Origin: Eledone cirrhosa
Lineage: Eukaryota
DNA length: 64,000 bases
Direction: 5' to 3'
NCBI GenBank assembly: GCA_964016885.1
Contig: OZ024743.1
Location: 269,762,001 to 269,826,000, forward strand
Of this stretch, positions 51,591 through 64,000 are shown one piece after another. The notes beneath the pieces are model-generated. The model worked only from the letters and a program-made list of their open reading frames with translations, ran no database searches and had not been told where the DNA came from. Made by a program: the position numbers and the translations under genes. Position 1 is the stretch's first letter. Every line of letters begins with the position of its first letter.

Positions 51591-54500
51591 GTTGGTGTTG
51601 GTAGTATTGGTAGTAGTGTTTGAGGTGGTGTTGGGGGTAGTGATTGAGGTGGTGTTGATGTTAGTGGTGTTGGTAGTAGTGTTTGAGGTGGTGTTGGGGG
51701 TAGTGTTTGAGGTGGTATTGGTGTTAGTGGTGTTGGTAGTAGTGTTTGAGGTGGTGTTGGGGGTAGTGTTTGAGGTGGTATTGGTGTTAGTGGTGTTGGT
51801 AGTAGTGTTTGAGGTGGTGTTGATGTTAGTGGTGTTGGTAGTAGTGTTTGAGGTGGTGTTGATGTTAGTGGTGTTGGTAGTAGTGTTTGAGGTGGTGTAG
51901 GGGGTAGTGTTTGAGGTGGTATTGGTGTTAGTGGTGTTGGTAGTAGTGTTTGAGGTGGTGTTGATGTTAGTGGTGTTGGTAGTAGTGTTTGAGGTGGTGT
52001 TGATGTTAGTGGTGTTGGTAGTAGTGTTTGAGGTGGTGTTGGGGGTAGTGTTTGAGGTGGTATTGGTGTTAGTGGTGTTGGTAGTAGTGTTTGAGGTGGT
52101 GTTGATGTTAGTGGTGTTGGTAGTAGTGTTTGAGGTGGTGTTGATGTTAGTGGTATTGGTAGTAGTGTTTGAGGTGGTGTTGACGTTAGTGGTGTTGGTA
52201 GTAGTGTTTGAGGTGCTGTTGATGTTAGTGGTGTTGGTAGTAGTGTTTGAGGTGGTGTTGATGTTAGTGGTGTTGGTAGTAGTGTTTGAGGTGCTGTTGG
52301 TGTTAGTGGTGTTGGTAGTAGTGTTTGAGGTGGTGTTGATGTTAGTAGTGTTGGTAGTAGTGTTTGAGGTGGTGTTGATGTTAGCGGTGTTGGCAGTAGT
52401 GTTTGAGGTGGTGTTGATGTTAGCGGTGTTGGCAGTAGTGTTTTAGGTGGTGTTGATGTTAGCGGTGTTGGTAGTAGTGTTTGAGGTGGTGTTGATGTTA
52501 GTGGTGTTGGTAGTAGTGTTTGAGGTGGTGTTGATGTTAGTAGTGTTGGTAGTAGTGTTTGAGGTGGTGTTGATGTTAGTGGTGTTGGTAGTAGTGTTTG
52601 AGGTGGTGTTGATGTTAGTGGTGTTGGTAGTAGTGTTTGAGGTGGTGTTGATGTTAGTGGTGTTGGTAGTAGTGTTTGAGGTGGTGTTGATGTTAGTGGT
52701 GTTGGTAGTAGTGTTTGAGGTGGTGTTGATGTTAGTGGTGTTGGTAGTAGTGTTTGAGGTGGTGTTGATGTTAGTGGTGTTGGTAGTAGTGTTTGAGGTG
52801 GTGTTGATGTTAGCGGTGTTGGCAGTAGTGTTTGAGGTGGTGTTGATGTTAGTGGTGTTGGTAGTAGTGTTTGAGGTGGTGTTGATGTTAGCGGTGTTGG
52901 CAGTAGTGTTTGAGGTGGTGTTGATGTTAGTGGTGTTGGTAGTAGTGTTTGAGGCGGTGTTGGTGTTAGTGGTGTTGGTAGTAGTGTTTGAGGTGGTGTT
53001 GATGTTAGAGGTGTTGGTAGTAGTGTTTGAGGTGGTGTTGATGTTAGTGGTATTGGTAGTAGTGTTTGAGGTGGTGTTGGTGTTAGTGGTGTTGGTAGTA
53101 GTGTTTGAGGTGGTGTTGGTGTTAGTGGTGTTGGTAGTAGTGTTTGAGGTGGTGTTGGTGTTAGTGGTGTTGGTAGTAGTGTTTGAGGTGGTGTTGATGT
53201 TAGTGGTGTTGGTAGTAGTGTTTGAGGTGGTGTTGGTGTTAGTGGTGTTGGTAGTAGTGTTTGAGGTGGTGTTGGTGTTAGTGGTGTTGGTAGTAGTGTT
53301 TGAGGTGGTGTTGATGTTAGTGGTGTTGGTAGTAGTGTTTGAGGTGGTGTTGATGTTAGTGGTGTTGGTAGTAGTGTTTGAGGTGGTGTTGGTGTTAGTG
53401 GTGTTGGTAGTAGTGTTTGAGGTGGTGTTGATGTTAGTGGTGTTAGAAGTAGTGTTTGAGGTGGTGTTGATGTTAGTGGTGTTGGTAGTAGTGTTTGAGG
53501 TGGTGTTGATGTTAGTGGTGTTGGTAGTAGTGTTTGAGGTGGTGTTGATGTTAGTGGTGTTGGTAGTAGTGTTTGAGGTGGTGTTGATGTTAGTGGTTTT
53601 GGTAGTAGTGTTTGAGGTGGTGTTGGTGTTAGTGGTGTTGGTAGTAGTGTTTGAGGTGGTGTTGATGTTAGTGGTGTTAGAAGTAGTGTTTGAGATGGTG
53701 TTGATGTTAGTGGTGTTGGTAGTAGTGTTTGAGGTGGTGTTGATGTTAGTGGTGTTGGTAGTAGTGTTTGAGGTGGTGTTGATGTTAGGGGTGTTGGTAG
53801 TAGTGTTTGAGGTGGTGTTGATGTTAGTGGTGTTGATGTTAGTGGTGTTGGTAGTAGTGTTTGAGGTGGAGTTGATGTTAGTGGTGTTGGTAGTAGTGTT
53901 TGAGGTGGTGTTGGTGTTAGTGGTGTTGGTAGTAGTGTTTGAGGTGGTGTTGATGTTAGTGGTGTTGGTAGTAGTGTTTGAGGTGGAGTTGATGTTAGTG
54001 GTGTTGGTAGTAGTGTTTGAGGTGGTGTTGATGTTAGTGGTGTTGGTAGTAGTGTTCGAGGTGGTGTTGATGTTAGTGGTGTTGGTAGTAGTGTTTGAGG
54101 TGGTGTTGATGTTAGTGGTGTTGGTAGTAGTGTTTGAGGTGGTGTTGGTGTTAGTGGTGTTGGTAGTAGTGTTTGAGGAGGCGTTGATGTTAGTGGTGTT
54201 GGTAGTAGTGTTTCAGGTGGTGTTGATGTTAGTGGTATTGGTAGTAGTGTTTGAGGTGGTGTTGGTGTTAGTGGTGTTGGTAGTAGTGTTTGAGGTGGTG
54301 TTGGTGTTAGTGGTGTTGGTAGTAGTGTTTGAGGTGGTGTTGATGTTAGTGGTGTTGGTAGTAGTGTTTGAGGTGGTGTTGATGTTAGAGGTGTTGGTAG
54401 TAGTGTTTGAGGTGGTGTTGATGTTAGTGGTGTTGGTAGTAGTGTTTGAGGTGGTGTTGATGTTAGTGGTGTTGGTAGTAGTGTTTCAGGTGGTGTTGAT

Positions 54501-57500
54501 GTTAGTGGTGTTGGGGGTAGTGTTTAAGGTGGTGTTGATGTTAGTGGTGTTGGTAGTAGTGTTTGAGGTGGTGTTTATGTTAGTGGTATTGGTAGTAGTG
54601 TTTGAGGTGGTGTTGATGTTAGTGGTGTTGGTAGTAGTGTTTGAGGTGGTGTTGATGTTATTGGTGTTGGTAGTAGTGTTTGAGGTGGTGTTGATGTTAG
54701 TGGTGTTGGTAGTAGTGTTTGAGGTGGTGTTGATGTTAGTGGTGTTGGGGGTAGTGTTTGAGGTGGTGTTGATGTTAGTGGTGTTGGTAGTAGTGTTTGA
54801 GGAGGTGTTGATGTTAGTGGTGTTGGTAGTAGTGTTTGAGGTGGTGTTGATGTTAGTGGTGTTGGTAGTAGTGTTTAGGGAGGTGTTGATGTTAGTGGTA
54901 TTGGTAGTAGTGTTTGAGGTGGTGTTGGTGTTAGTGGTGTTGGTAGTAGTGTTTGAGATGGTGTTGATGTTAGTGGTGTTGGTAGTAGTGTTTGAGGTGG
55001 TGTTGATGTTAGAGGTGTTGGTAGTAGTGTTTGAGGTGGTGTTGATGTTAGTGGTGTTGGTAGTAGTGTTTGAGGTGGTGTTGATGTTAGTGGTGTTGGT
55101 AGTAGTGTTTGAGGTGGTGTTGATGTTAGTGGTATTGGTAGTAGTGTTTGAGGTGGTGTTGATGTTAGTGGTGTTGGTAGTAGTGTTTGAGGTGGTGTTG
55201 ATGTTAGTGGTGTTGGTAGTAGTGTTTGAGGTGGTGTTGATGTTAGTGGTGTTGGTAGTAGTGTTTGAGGTGGTGTTGATGTTAGTGGTATTGGTAGTAG
55301 TGTTTGAGGTGGTGTTGATGTTAGTGGTATTGGTAGTAGTGTTTGAGGTGGTGTTGATGTTAGTGGTATTGGTAGTAGTGTTTGAGGTGGTGTTGATGTT
55401 AGTGGTGTTGGTAGTAGTGTTTGAGGTGGTGTTGATGTTAGTGGTGTTTGTAGTAGTGTTTGAGGTGGTGTTGATGTTAGTGGTGTTGGTAGTAGTGTTT
55501 GAGGTGGTGTTGATGTTAGTGGTATTGGTAGTAGTGTTTGAGGTGGTGTTGATGTTAGTGGTGTTGGTAGTAGTGTTTGAGGTGGTGTTGATGTTAGTGG
55601 TGTTGGTAGTAGTGTTTGAGATGGTGATGATGTTAGTGGTGTTGGTAGTAGTGTTTGAGGTGGTGTTGATGTTAGAGGTGTTGGTAGTAGTGTTTGAGGT
55701 GGTGTTGATGTTAGTGGTGTTGGTAGTAGTGTTTGAGGTGGTGTTGATGTTAGTGGTGTTGGTAGTAGTGTTTGAGGTGGTGTTGATGTTAGTGGTGTTG
55801 GTAGTAGTGTTTGAGGTGGTGTTGATGTTAGTGGTGTTGGTAGTAGTGTTTGAGGTGGTGTTGATGTTAGAGGTGTTGGTAGTAGTGTTTGAGGTGGTGT
55901 TGATGTTAGTGGTATTGGTAGTAGTGTTTGAGGTGGTGTTGGTGTTAGTGGTGTTGGTAGTAGTGTTTGAGGTGGTGTTGGTGTTAGTGGTGTTGGTAGT
56001 AGTGTTTGAGGTGGTGTTGGTGTTAGTGGTGTTGGTAGTAGTGTTTGAGGTGGTGTTGATGTTAGTGGTGTTGGTAGTAGTGTTTGAGGTGGTGTTGGTG
56101 TTAGTGGTGTTGGTAGTAGTGTTTGAGGTGGTGTTGGTGTTAGTGGTGTTGGTAGTAGTGTTTGAGGTGGTGTTGATGTTAGTGGTGTTGGTAGTAGTGT
56201 TTGAGGTGGTGTTGATGTTAGTGGTGTTGGTAGTAGTGTTTGAGGTGGTGTTGGTGTTAGTGGTGTTGGTAGTAGTGTTTGAGGTGGTGTTGATGTTAGT
56301 GGTGTTAGAAGTAGTGTTTGAGGTGGTGTTGATGTTAGTGGTGTTGGTAGTAGTGTTTGAGGTGGTGTTGATGTTAGTGGTGTTGGTAGTAGTGTTTGAG
56401 GTGGTGTTGATGTTAGTGGTGTTGGTAGTAGTGTTTGAGGTGGTGTTGATGTTAGTGGTTTTGGTAGTAGTGTTTGAGGTGGTGTTGGTGTTAGTGGTGT
56501 TGGTAGTAGTGTTTGAGGTGGTGTTGATGTTAGTGGTGTTAGAAGTAGTGTTTGAGATGGTGTTGATGTTAGTGGTGTTGGTAGTAGTGTTTGAGGTGGT
56601 GTTGATGTTAGTGGTGTTGGTAGTAGTGTTTGAGGTGGTGTTGATGTTAGGGGTGTTGGTAGTAGTGTTTGAGGTGGTGTTGATGTTAGTGGTGTTGATG
56701 TTAGTGGTGTTGGTAGTAGTGTTTGAGGTGGAGTTGATGTTAGTGGTGTTGGTAGTAGTGTTTGAGGTGGTGTTGGTGTTAGTGGTGTTGGTAGTAGTGT
56801 TTGAGGTGGTGTTGATGTTAGTGGTGTTGGTAGTAGTGTTTGAGGTGGAGTTGATGTTAGTGGTGTTGGTAGTAGTGTTTGAGGTGGTGTTGATGTTAGT
56901 GGTGTTGGTAGTAGTGTTCGAGGTGGTGTTGATGTTAGTGGTGTTGGTAGTAGTGTTTGAGGTGGTGTTGATGTTAGTGGTGTTGGTAGTAGTGTTTGAG
57001 GTGGTGTTGGTGTTAGTGGTGTTGGTAGTAGTGTTTGAGGAGGCGTTGATGTTAGTGGTGTTGGTAGTAGTGTTTCAGGTGGTGTTGATGTTAGTGGTAT
57101 TGGTAGTAGTGTTTGAGGTGGTGTTGGTGTTAGTGGTGTTGGTAGTAGTGTTTGAGGTGGTGTTGGTGTTAGTGGTGTTGGTAGTAGTGTTTGAGGTGGT
57201 GTTGATGTTAGTGGTGTTGGTAGTAGTGTTTGAGGTGGTGTTGATGTTAGAGGTGTTGGTAGTAGTGTTTGAGGTGGTGTTGATGTTAGTGGTGTTGGTA
57301 GTAGCGTTTGAGGTGGTGTTGATGTTAGTGGTGTTGGTAGTAGTGTTTCAGGTGGTGTTGATGTTAGTGGTGTTGGGGGTAGTGTTTAAGGTGGTGTTGA
57401 TGTTAGTGGTGTTGGTAGTAGTGTTTGAGGTGGTGTTTATGTTAGTGGTATTGGTAGTAGTGTTTGAGGTGGTGTTGATGTTAGTGGTGTTGGTAGTAGT

Positions 57501-60500
57501 GTTTGAGGTGGTGTTGATGTTATTGGTGTTGGTAGTAGTGTTTGAGGTGGTGTTGATGTTAGTGGTGTTGGTAGTAGTGTTTGAGGTGGTGTTGATGTTA
57601 GTGGTGTTGGGGGTAGTGTTTGAGGTGGTGTTGATGTTAGTGGTGTTGGTAGTAGTGTTTGAGGAGGTGTTGATGTTAGTGGTGTTGGTAGTAGTGTTTG
57701 AGGTGGTGTTGATGTTAGTGGTGTTGGTAGTAGTGTTTAGGGAGGTGTTGATGTTAGTGGTATTGGTAGTAGTGTTTGAGGTGGTGTTGGTGTTAGTGGT
57801 GTTGGTAGTAGTGTTTGAGATGGTGTTGATGTTAGTGGTGTTGGTAGTAGTGTTTGAGGTGGTGTTGATGTTAGAGGTGTTGGTAGTAGTGTTTGAGGTG
57901 GTGTTGATGTTAGTGGTGTTGGTAGTAGTGTTTGAGGTGGTGTTGATGTTAGTGGTGTTGGTAGTAGTGTTTGAGGTGGTGTTGATGTTAGTGGTATTGG
58001 TAGTAGTGTTTGAGGTGGTGTTGATGTTAGTGGTGTTGGTAGTAGTGTTTGAGGTGGTGTTGATGTTAGTGGTGTTGGTAGTAGTGTTTGAGGTGGTGTT
58101 GATGTTAGTGGTGTTGGTAGTAGTGTTTGAGGTGGTGTTGATGTTAGTGGTATTGGTAGTAGTGTTTGAGGTGGTGTTGATGTTAGTGGTATTGGTAGTA
58201 GTGTTTGAGGTGGTGTTGATGTTAGTGGTATTGGTAGTAGTGTTGGAGGTGGTGTTGATGTTAGTGGTGTTGGTAGTAGTGTTTGAGGTGGTGTTGATGT
58301 TAGTGGTGTTTGTAGTAGTGTTTGAGGTGGTGTTGATGTTAGTGGTGTTGGTAGTAGTGTTTGAGGTGGTGTTGATGTTAGTGGTATTGGTAGTAGTGTT
58401 TGAGGTGGTGTTGATGTTAGTGGTGTTGGTAGTAGTGTTTGAGGTGGTGTTGATGTTAGTGGTGTTGGTAGTAGTGTTTGAGATGGTGATGATGTTAGTG
58501 GTGTTGGTAGTAGTGTTTGAGGTGGTGTTGATGTTAGAGGTGTTGGTAGTAGTGTTTGAGGTGGTGTTGATGTTAGTGGTGTTGGTAGTAGTGTTTGAGG
58601 TGGTGTTGATGTTAGTGGTGTTGGTAGTAGTGTTTGAGGTGGTGTTGATGTTAGTGGTGTTGGTAGTAGTGTTTGAGGTGGTGTTGATGTTAGTGGTGTT
58701 GGTAGTAGTGTTTGAGGTGGTGTTGATGTTAGTGGTGTTGGTAGTAGTGTTTGAGGTGGTGTTGATGTTAGTGGTATTGGTAGTAGTGTTTGAGGTGGTG
58801 TTGATGTTAGTGGTGTTGGTAGTAGTGTTTGAGGTGGTGTTGATGTTAGTGGTGTTGGTAGTAGTGTTTGAGGTGGTGTTGATGTTAGTGGTGTTGCTAG
58901 TAGTGTTTGAGGTGGTGTTGATGTTAGTGGTGTTTGTAGTAGTGTTTGAGGTGGTGTTGATGTTAGTGGTGTTGGTGGTAGTGTTTGAGGTGGTGTTGAT
59001 GTTAGTGGTGTTGGTAGTAGTGTTTGAGGTGGTGTTGATGTTAGTGGTGTTGGTAGTAGTGTTTGAGGTGGTGTTGATGTTAGTGGTAGTGTTTGAGGTG
59101 GTGTTGATGTTAGTGGTGTTGGTAGTAGTGTTTGAGGTGGTGTTGATGTTAGTGGTGTTGGTAGTAGTGTTTGAGGTGGTGTTGATGTTAGCAGTGTTGG
59201 TAGTAGTGTTTGAGGTGCTGTTGATGTTAGTGGTGTTGGTAGTAGTGTTTGAGGTGGTGTTGATGTTAGTGGTGTTGGTAGTAGTGTTTGAGGTGGTGTT
59301 GATGTTAGTGGTGTTGGTAGTAGTGTTTGAGGTGGTGTTGATGTTAGCAGTGTTGGTAGTAGTGTTTGAGGTGCTGTTGATGTTAGTGGTGTTGGTAGTA
59401 GTGTTTGAGGTGGTGTTGATGTTAGTGGTGTTGGTAGTAGTGTTTGAGGTGGTGTTGATGTTAGCAGTGTTGGTAGTAGTGTTTGAGGTGCTGTTGATGT
59501 TAGCAGTGTTGGTAGTAGTGTTTGAGGTGCTGTTGATGTTAGTGGTGTTGGTAGTAGTGTTTGAGGTGGTGTTGATGTTAGTGGTGTTGCTAGTAGTGTT
59601 TGAGGTGGTGTTGATGTTAGTGGTGTTTGTAGTAGTGTTTGAGGTGGTGTTGATGTTAGTGGTGTTGGTGGTAGTGTTTGAGGTGGTGTTGATGTTAGTG
59701 GTGTTGGTAGTAGTGTTTGAGGTGGTGTTGATGTTAGTGGTGTTGGTAGTAGTGTTTGAGGTGGTGTTGATGTTAGTGGTAGTGTTTGAGGTGGTGTTGA
59801 TGTTAGTGGTGTTGGTAGTAGTGTTTGAGGTGGTGTTGATGTTAGTGGTGTTGGTAGTAGTGTTTGAGGTGGTGTTGATGTTAGCAGTGTTGGTAGTAGT
59901 GTTTGAGGTGCTGTTGATGTTAGTGGTGTTGGTAGTAGTGTTTGAGGTGGTGTTGATGTTAGTGGTGTTGGTAGTAGTGTTTGAGGTGGTGTTGATGTTA
60001 GTGGTGTTGGGGGTAGTGTTTGAAGAGGTGTTGATGTTAGTGGTGTTGGTAGTAGTGTTTGAGGTGGTGTTTATGTTAGTGGTATTGGTAGTAGTGTTTG
60101 AGGTGGTGTTGATGTTAGTGGTGTTGGTGGTAGTGTTTGAGGTGCTGTTGATGTTAGTGGTGTTGGTAGTAGTGTTTGAGGTGGTGTTGATGATAGAGGT
60201 GTTGGTAGTAGTGTTTGAGGTGGTGTTGATGTTAGAGGTGTTGGTAGTAGTGTTTGGGGTGGTGTTGATGTTAGTGGTGTTGGTAGTAGTGTTTGAGGTG
60301 GTGTTGATGTTAGAGGTGATGGTAGTAGTGTTTGAGGTGGTGTTGATGTTAGAGGTGTTGGTAGTAGTGTTTGAGGTGGTGTTGATGTTAGTGGTGTTGG
60401 TAGTAGTGTTTGAGGTGGTGTTGACGTTAGAGGTGTTGGTAGTAGTGTTTGAGGTGGTGTTGATGTTAGTGGTGTTGGTAGTAGTGTTTGAGGTGGTGTT

Positions 60501-63500
60501 GATGTTAGTGGTGTTGGTAGTAGTGTTTGAGGTGGTGTTGACATTAGTGGTGTTGGTAGTAGTGTTTGAGGTGGTGTTGATGTTAGTGGTGTTGGTAGTA
60601 GTGTTTGAGGTGGTGTTGATGTTAGTGGTGTTGGTAGTAGTGTTTGAGGTGGTGTTGGTGTTAGTGGTGTTGGTAGTAGTGTTTGAGGTGGCGTTGATGT
60701 TAGTGGTATTGATAGTAGTGTTTGAGGTGGTGTTGGTGTTAGTAGTGTTGGTAGTAGTGTTTGAGGTGGTGTTGATGTTAGTGGTGTTGGTAGTAGTGTT
60801 TGAGGTGGTGTTGATGTTAGTGGTGTTGGTAGTAGTGTTTGAGGTGGTGTTGATGTTAGTGGTGTTGGTAGTAGTGTTTGAGGTGGTGTTGATGTTAGAG
60901 GTGTTGGTAGTAGTGTTTGAGGTGGTGTTGATGTTAGTGGTGTTGGTAGTAGTGTTTGAGGTGGTGTTGACGTTAGAGGTGTTGGTAGTAGTGTTTGAGG
61001 TGGTGTTGATGTTAGTGGTGTTGGTAGTAGTGTTTGAGGTGGTGTTGATGTTAGTGGTGTTGGTAGTAGTGTTTGAGGTGGTGTTGACATTAGTGGTGTT
61101 GGTAGTAGTGTTTGAGGTGGTGTTGATGTTAGTGGTGTTGGTAGTAGTGTTTGAGGTGGTGTTGATGTTAGTGGTGTTGGTAGTAGTGTTTGAGGTGGTG
61201 TTGGTGTTAGTGGTGTTGGTAGTAGTGTTTGAGGTGGCGTTGATGTTAGTGGTATTGATAGTAGTGTTTGAGGTGGTGTTGGTGTTAGTAGTGTTGGTAG
61301 TAGTGTTTGAGGTGGTGTTGATGTTAGTGGTGTTGGTAGTAGTGTTTGAGGTGGTGTTGATGTTAGTGGTGTTGGTAGTAGTGTTCGAGGTGGTGTTGAT
61401 GTTAGTGGTGTTGGTAGTAGTGTTTGAGGTGGTGTTGATGTTAGTGGTGTTGGTAGTAGTGTTTGAGGTGGTGTTGGTGTTAGTGGTGTTGGTAGTAGTG
61501 TTTGAGGAGGCGTTGATGTTAGTGGTGTTGGTAGTAGTGTTTCAGGTGGTGTTGATGTTAGTGGTATTGGTAGTAGTGTTTGAGGTGGTGTTGGTGTTAG
61601 TGGTGTTGGTAGTAGTGTTTCAGGTGGTGTTGATGTTAGTGGTATTGGTAGTAGTGTTTGAGGTGGTGTTGGTGTTAGTGGTGTTGGTAGTAGTGTTTGT
61701 GGTGGTGTTGGTGTTAGTGGTGTTGGTAGTAGTGTTTGAGGTGGTGTTGATGTTAGTGGTGTTGGTAGTAGTGTTTGAGGTGGTGTTGATGTTAGAGGTG
61801 TTGGTAGTAGTGTTTGAGGTGGTGTTGATGTTAGTGGTGTTGGTAGTAGTGTTTGAGGTGGTGTTGATGTTAGTGGTGTTGGTAGTAGTGTTTCAGGTGG
61901 TGTTGATGTTAGTGGTGTTGGGGGTAGTGTTTGAGGTGGTGTTGATGTTAGTGGTGTTGGTAGTAGTGTTTGAGGTGGTGTTTATGTTAGTGGTATTGGT
62001 AGTAGTGTTTGAGGTGGTGTTGATGTTAGTGGTGTTGGTAGTAGTGTTTGAGGTGGTGTTGATGTTATTGGTGTTGGTAGTAGTGTTTGAGGTGGTGTTG
62101 ATGTTAGTGGTGTTGGTAGTAGTGTTTGAGGTGGTGTTGATGTTAGTGGTGTTGGGGGTAGTGTTTCAGGTGGTGTTGATGTTAGTGGTGTTGGTAGTAG
62201 TGTTTGAGGAGGTGTTGATGTTAGTGGTGTTGGTAGTAGTGTTTGAGGTGGTGTTGATGTTAGTGGTGTTGGTAGTAGTGTTTAGGGAGGTGTTGATGTT
62301 AGTGGTATTGGTAGTAGTGTTTGAGGTGGTGTTGGTGTTAGTGGTGTTGGTAGTAGTGTTTGAGATGGTGTTGATGTTAGTGGTGTTGGTAGTAGTGTTT
62401 GAGGTGGTGTTGATGTTAGAGGTGTTGGTAGTAGTGTTTGAGGTGGTGTTGATGTTAGTGGTGTTGGTAGTAGTGTTTGAGGTGGTGTTGATGTTAGTGG
62501 TGTTGGTAGTAGTGTTTGAGGTGGTGTTGATGTTAGTGGTATTGGGAGTAGTGTTTCAGGTGGTGTTGATGTTAGTGGTGTTGGTAGTAGTGTTTGAGGT
62601 GGTGTTGATGTTAGTGGTGTTGGTAGTAGTGTTTGAGGTGGTGTTGATGTTAGCGGTGTTGGTAGTAGTGTTTGAGGTGGTGTTGATGTTAGTGGTATTG
62701 GTAGTAGTGTTTGAGGTGGTGTTGATGTTAGTGGTATTGGTAGTAGTGTTTGAGGTGGTGTTGATGTTAGTGGTATTGGTAGTAGTGTTTGAGGTGGTGT
62801 TGATGTTAGTGGTGTTGGTAGTAGTGTTTGAGGTGGTGTTGATGTTAGTGGTGTTGGTAGTAGTGTTTGAGGTGGTGTTGATGTTAGTGGTATTGGTAGT
62901 AGTGTTTGAGGTGGTGTTGATGTTAGTGGTGTTGGTAGTAGTGTTTGAGGTGGTGTTGATGTTAGTGGTGTTGGTAGTAGTGTTTGAGGTGGTGTTGATG
63001 TTAGTGGTGTTGGTAGTAGTGTTTGAGGTGGTGTTGATGTTAGTGGTATTGGTAGTAGTGTTTGAGGTGGTGTTGATGTTAGTGGTGTTGGTAGTAGTGT
63101 TTGAGGTGGTGTTGATGTTAGTGGTGTTGGTAGTAGTGTTTGAGGTGGTGTTGATGTTAGTGTTTGAGGTGGTGTTGATGTTAGTGGTGTTGGTAGTAGT
63201 GTTTGAGGTGGTGTTGATGTTAGTGGTGTTGGTAGTCGTGTTTGAGGTGGTGTTGATGTTAGTGGTATTGGTAGTAGTGTTTGAGGTGGTGTTGATGTTA
63301 GTGGTGTTGGTAGTAGTGTTTGAGGTGGTGTTGATGTTAGTGGTGTTGGTAGTAGTGTTTGAGGTGGTGTTGATGTTAGTGGTGTTGGTAGTAGTGTTTG
63401 AGGTGGTGTTGATGTTAGTGGTGTTTGTAGTAGTGTTTGAGGTGGTGTTGATGTTAGTGGTGTTGGTAGTAGTGTTTGAGGTGGTGTTGATGTTAGTGGT

Positions 63501-64000
63501 GTTGGTAGTAGTGTTTGAGGTGGTGTTGATGTTAGTGGTGTTGGGGGTAGTGTTTGAGGTGGTGTTGATGTTAGTGGTGTTGGTAGTAGTGTTTGAGGTG
63601 GTGTTGATGTTAGTGGTGTTGGGGGTAGTGTTTGAGGTGGTGTTGATGTTAGTGGTGTTGGTAGTAGTGTTTGAGGTGGTGTTGATGTTAGCAGTGTTGG
63701 TAGTATTGTTTGAGGTGCTGTTGATGTTAGTGGTGTTGGTAGTAGTGTTTGAGGTGGTGTTGATGTTAGTGGTGTTGGTAGTAGTGTTTGAGGTGGTGTT
63801 GATGTTAGTGGTGTTGGGGGTAGTGTTTGAAGAGGTGTTGATGTTAGTGGTGTTGGTAGTAGTGTTTGAGGTGGTGTTTATGTTAGTGGTATTGGTAGTA
63901 GTGTTTGAGGTGGTGTTGATGTTAGTGGTGTTGGTGGTAGTGTTTGAGGTGGTGTTGATGTTAGTGGTGTTGGTAGTAGTGTTTGAGGTGGTGTTGATGA
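51590..64000. repeat. 39-bp tandem satellite (GTGTTGATGTTAGTGGTGTTGGTAGTAGTGTTTGAGGTG)n, about 320 copies, continuing beyond the window
   Basis: Highly homogeneous monomers; recurring variant patterns define higher-order repeats. Confidence 0.97.

Noticed and set aside
60071-61090. 339-aa Pro/Thr mucin-like ORF
   Set aside because: Its ATG and stop are single-base satellite variants; there is no signal peptide or unique domain. Retained only as part of the frame-preservation finding.
51590-64000. CRISPR-like regular repeat
   Set aside because: Head-to-tail monomers with no unique spacers, no cas genes, and a eukaryotic context.

Overview
Eukaryotic, AT-rich, microsatellite-saturated genomic DNA. 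The repeat landscape resembles cephalopod (octopus-like) DNA, which is an inference, not something checked. No intact host gene is evident; there are only two weak minus-strand exon candidates. The first ~50 kb is a nest of retro- and rolling-circle elements, mostly sitting in simple repeats. These are three L1/Tx1-clade LINEs (one near full length with an intact ORF1), a near-intact RTE-clade LINE with three C-terminal C2H2-type fingers, R4/Dong-like restriction-endonuclease LINE fragments, a 5'-truncated Penelope-like element (RT thumb + GIY-YIG) with inverted pseudo-LTRs, a composite non-autonomous Helitron with two 3' termini, and many tRNA-derived SINE copies. About ten small fold-back or inverted-repeat elements in (TA)n tracts are also present, several carrying minimal hammerhead-ribozyme cores. 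The last ~12.4 kb is a 39-bp G/T-rich satellite with nested higher-order repeats (2862, 693 and 546 bp) that runs off the window. Most ORFs in the supplied track are microsatellite artefacts. Coordinates were read by eye and element ends are approximate.
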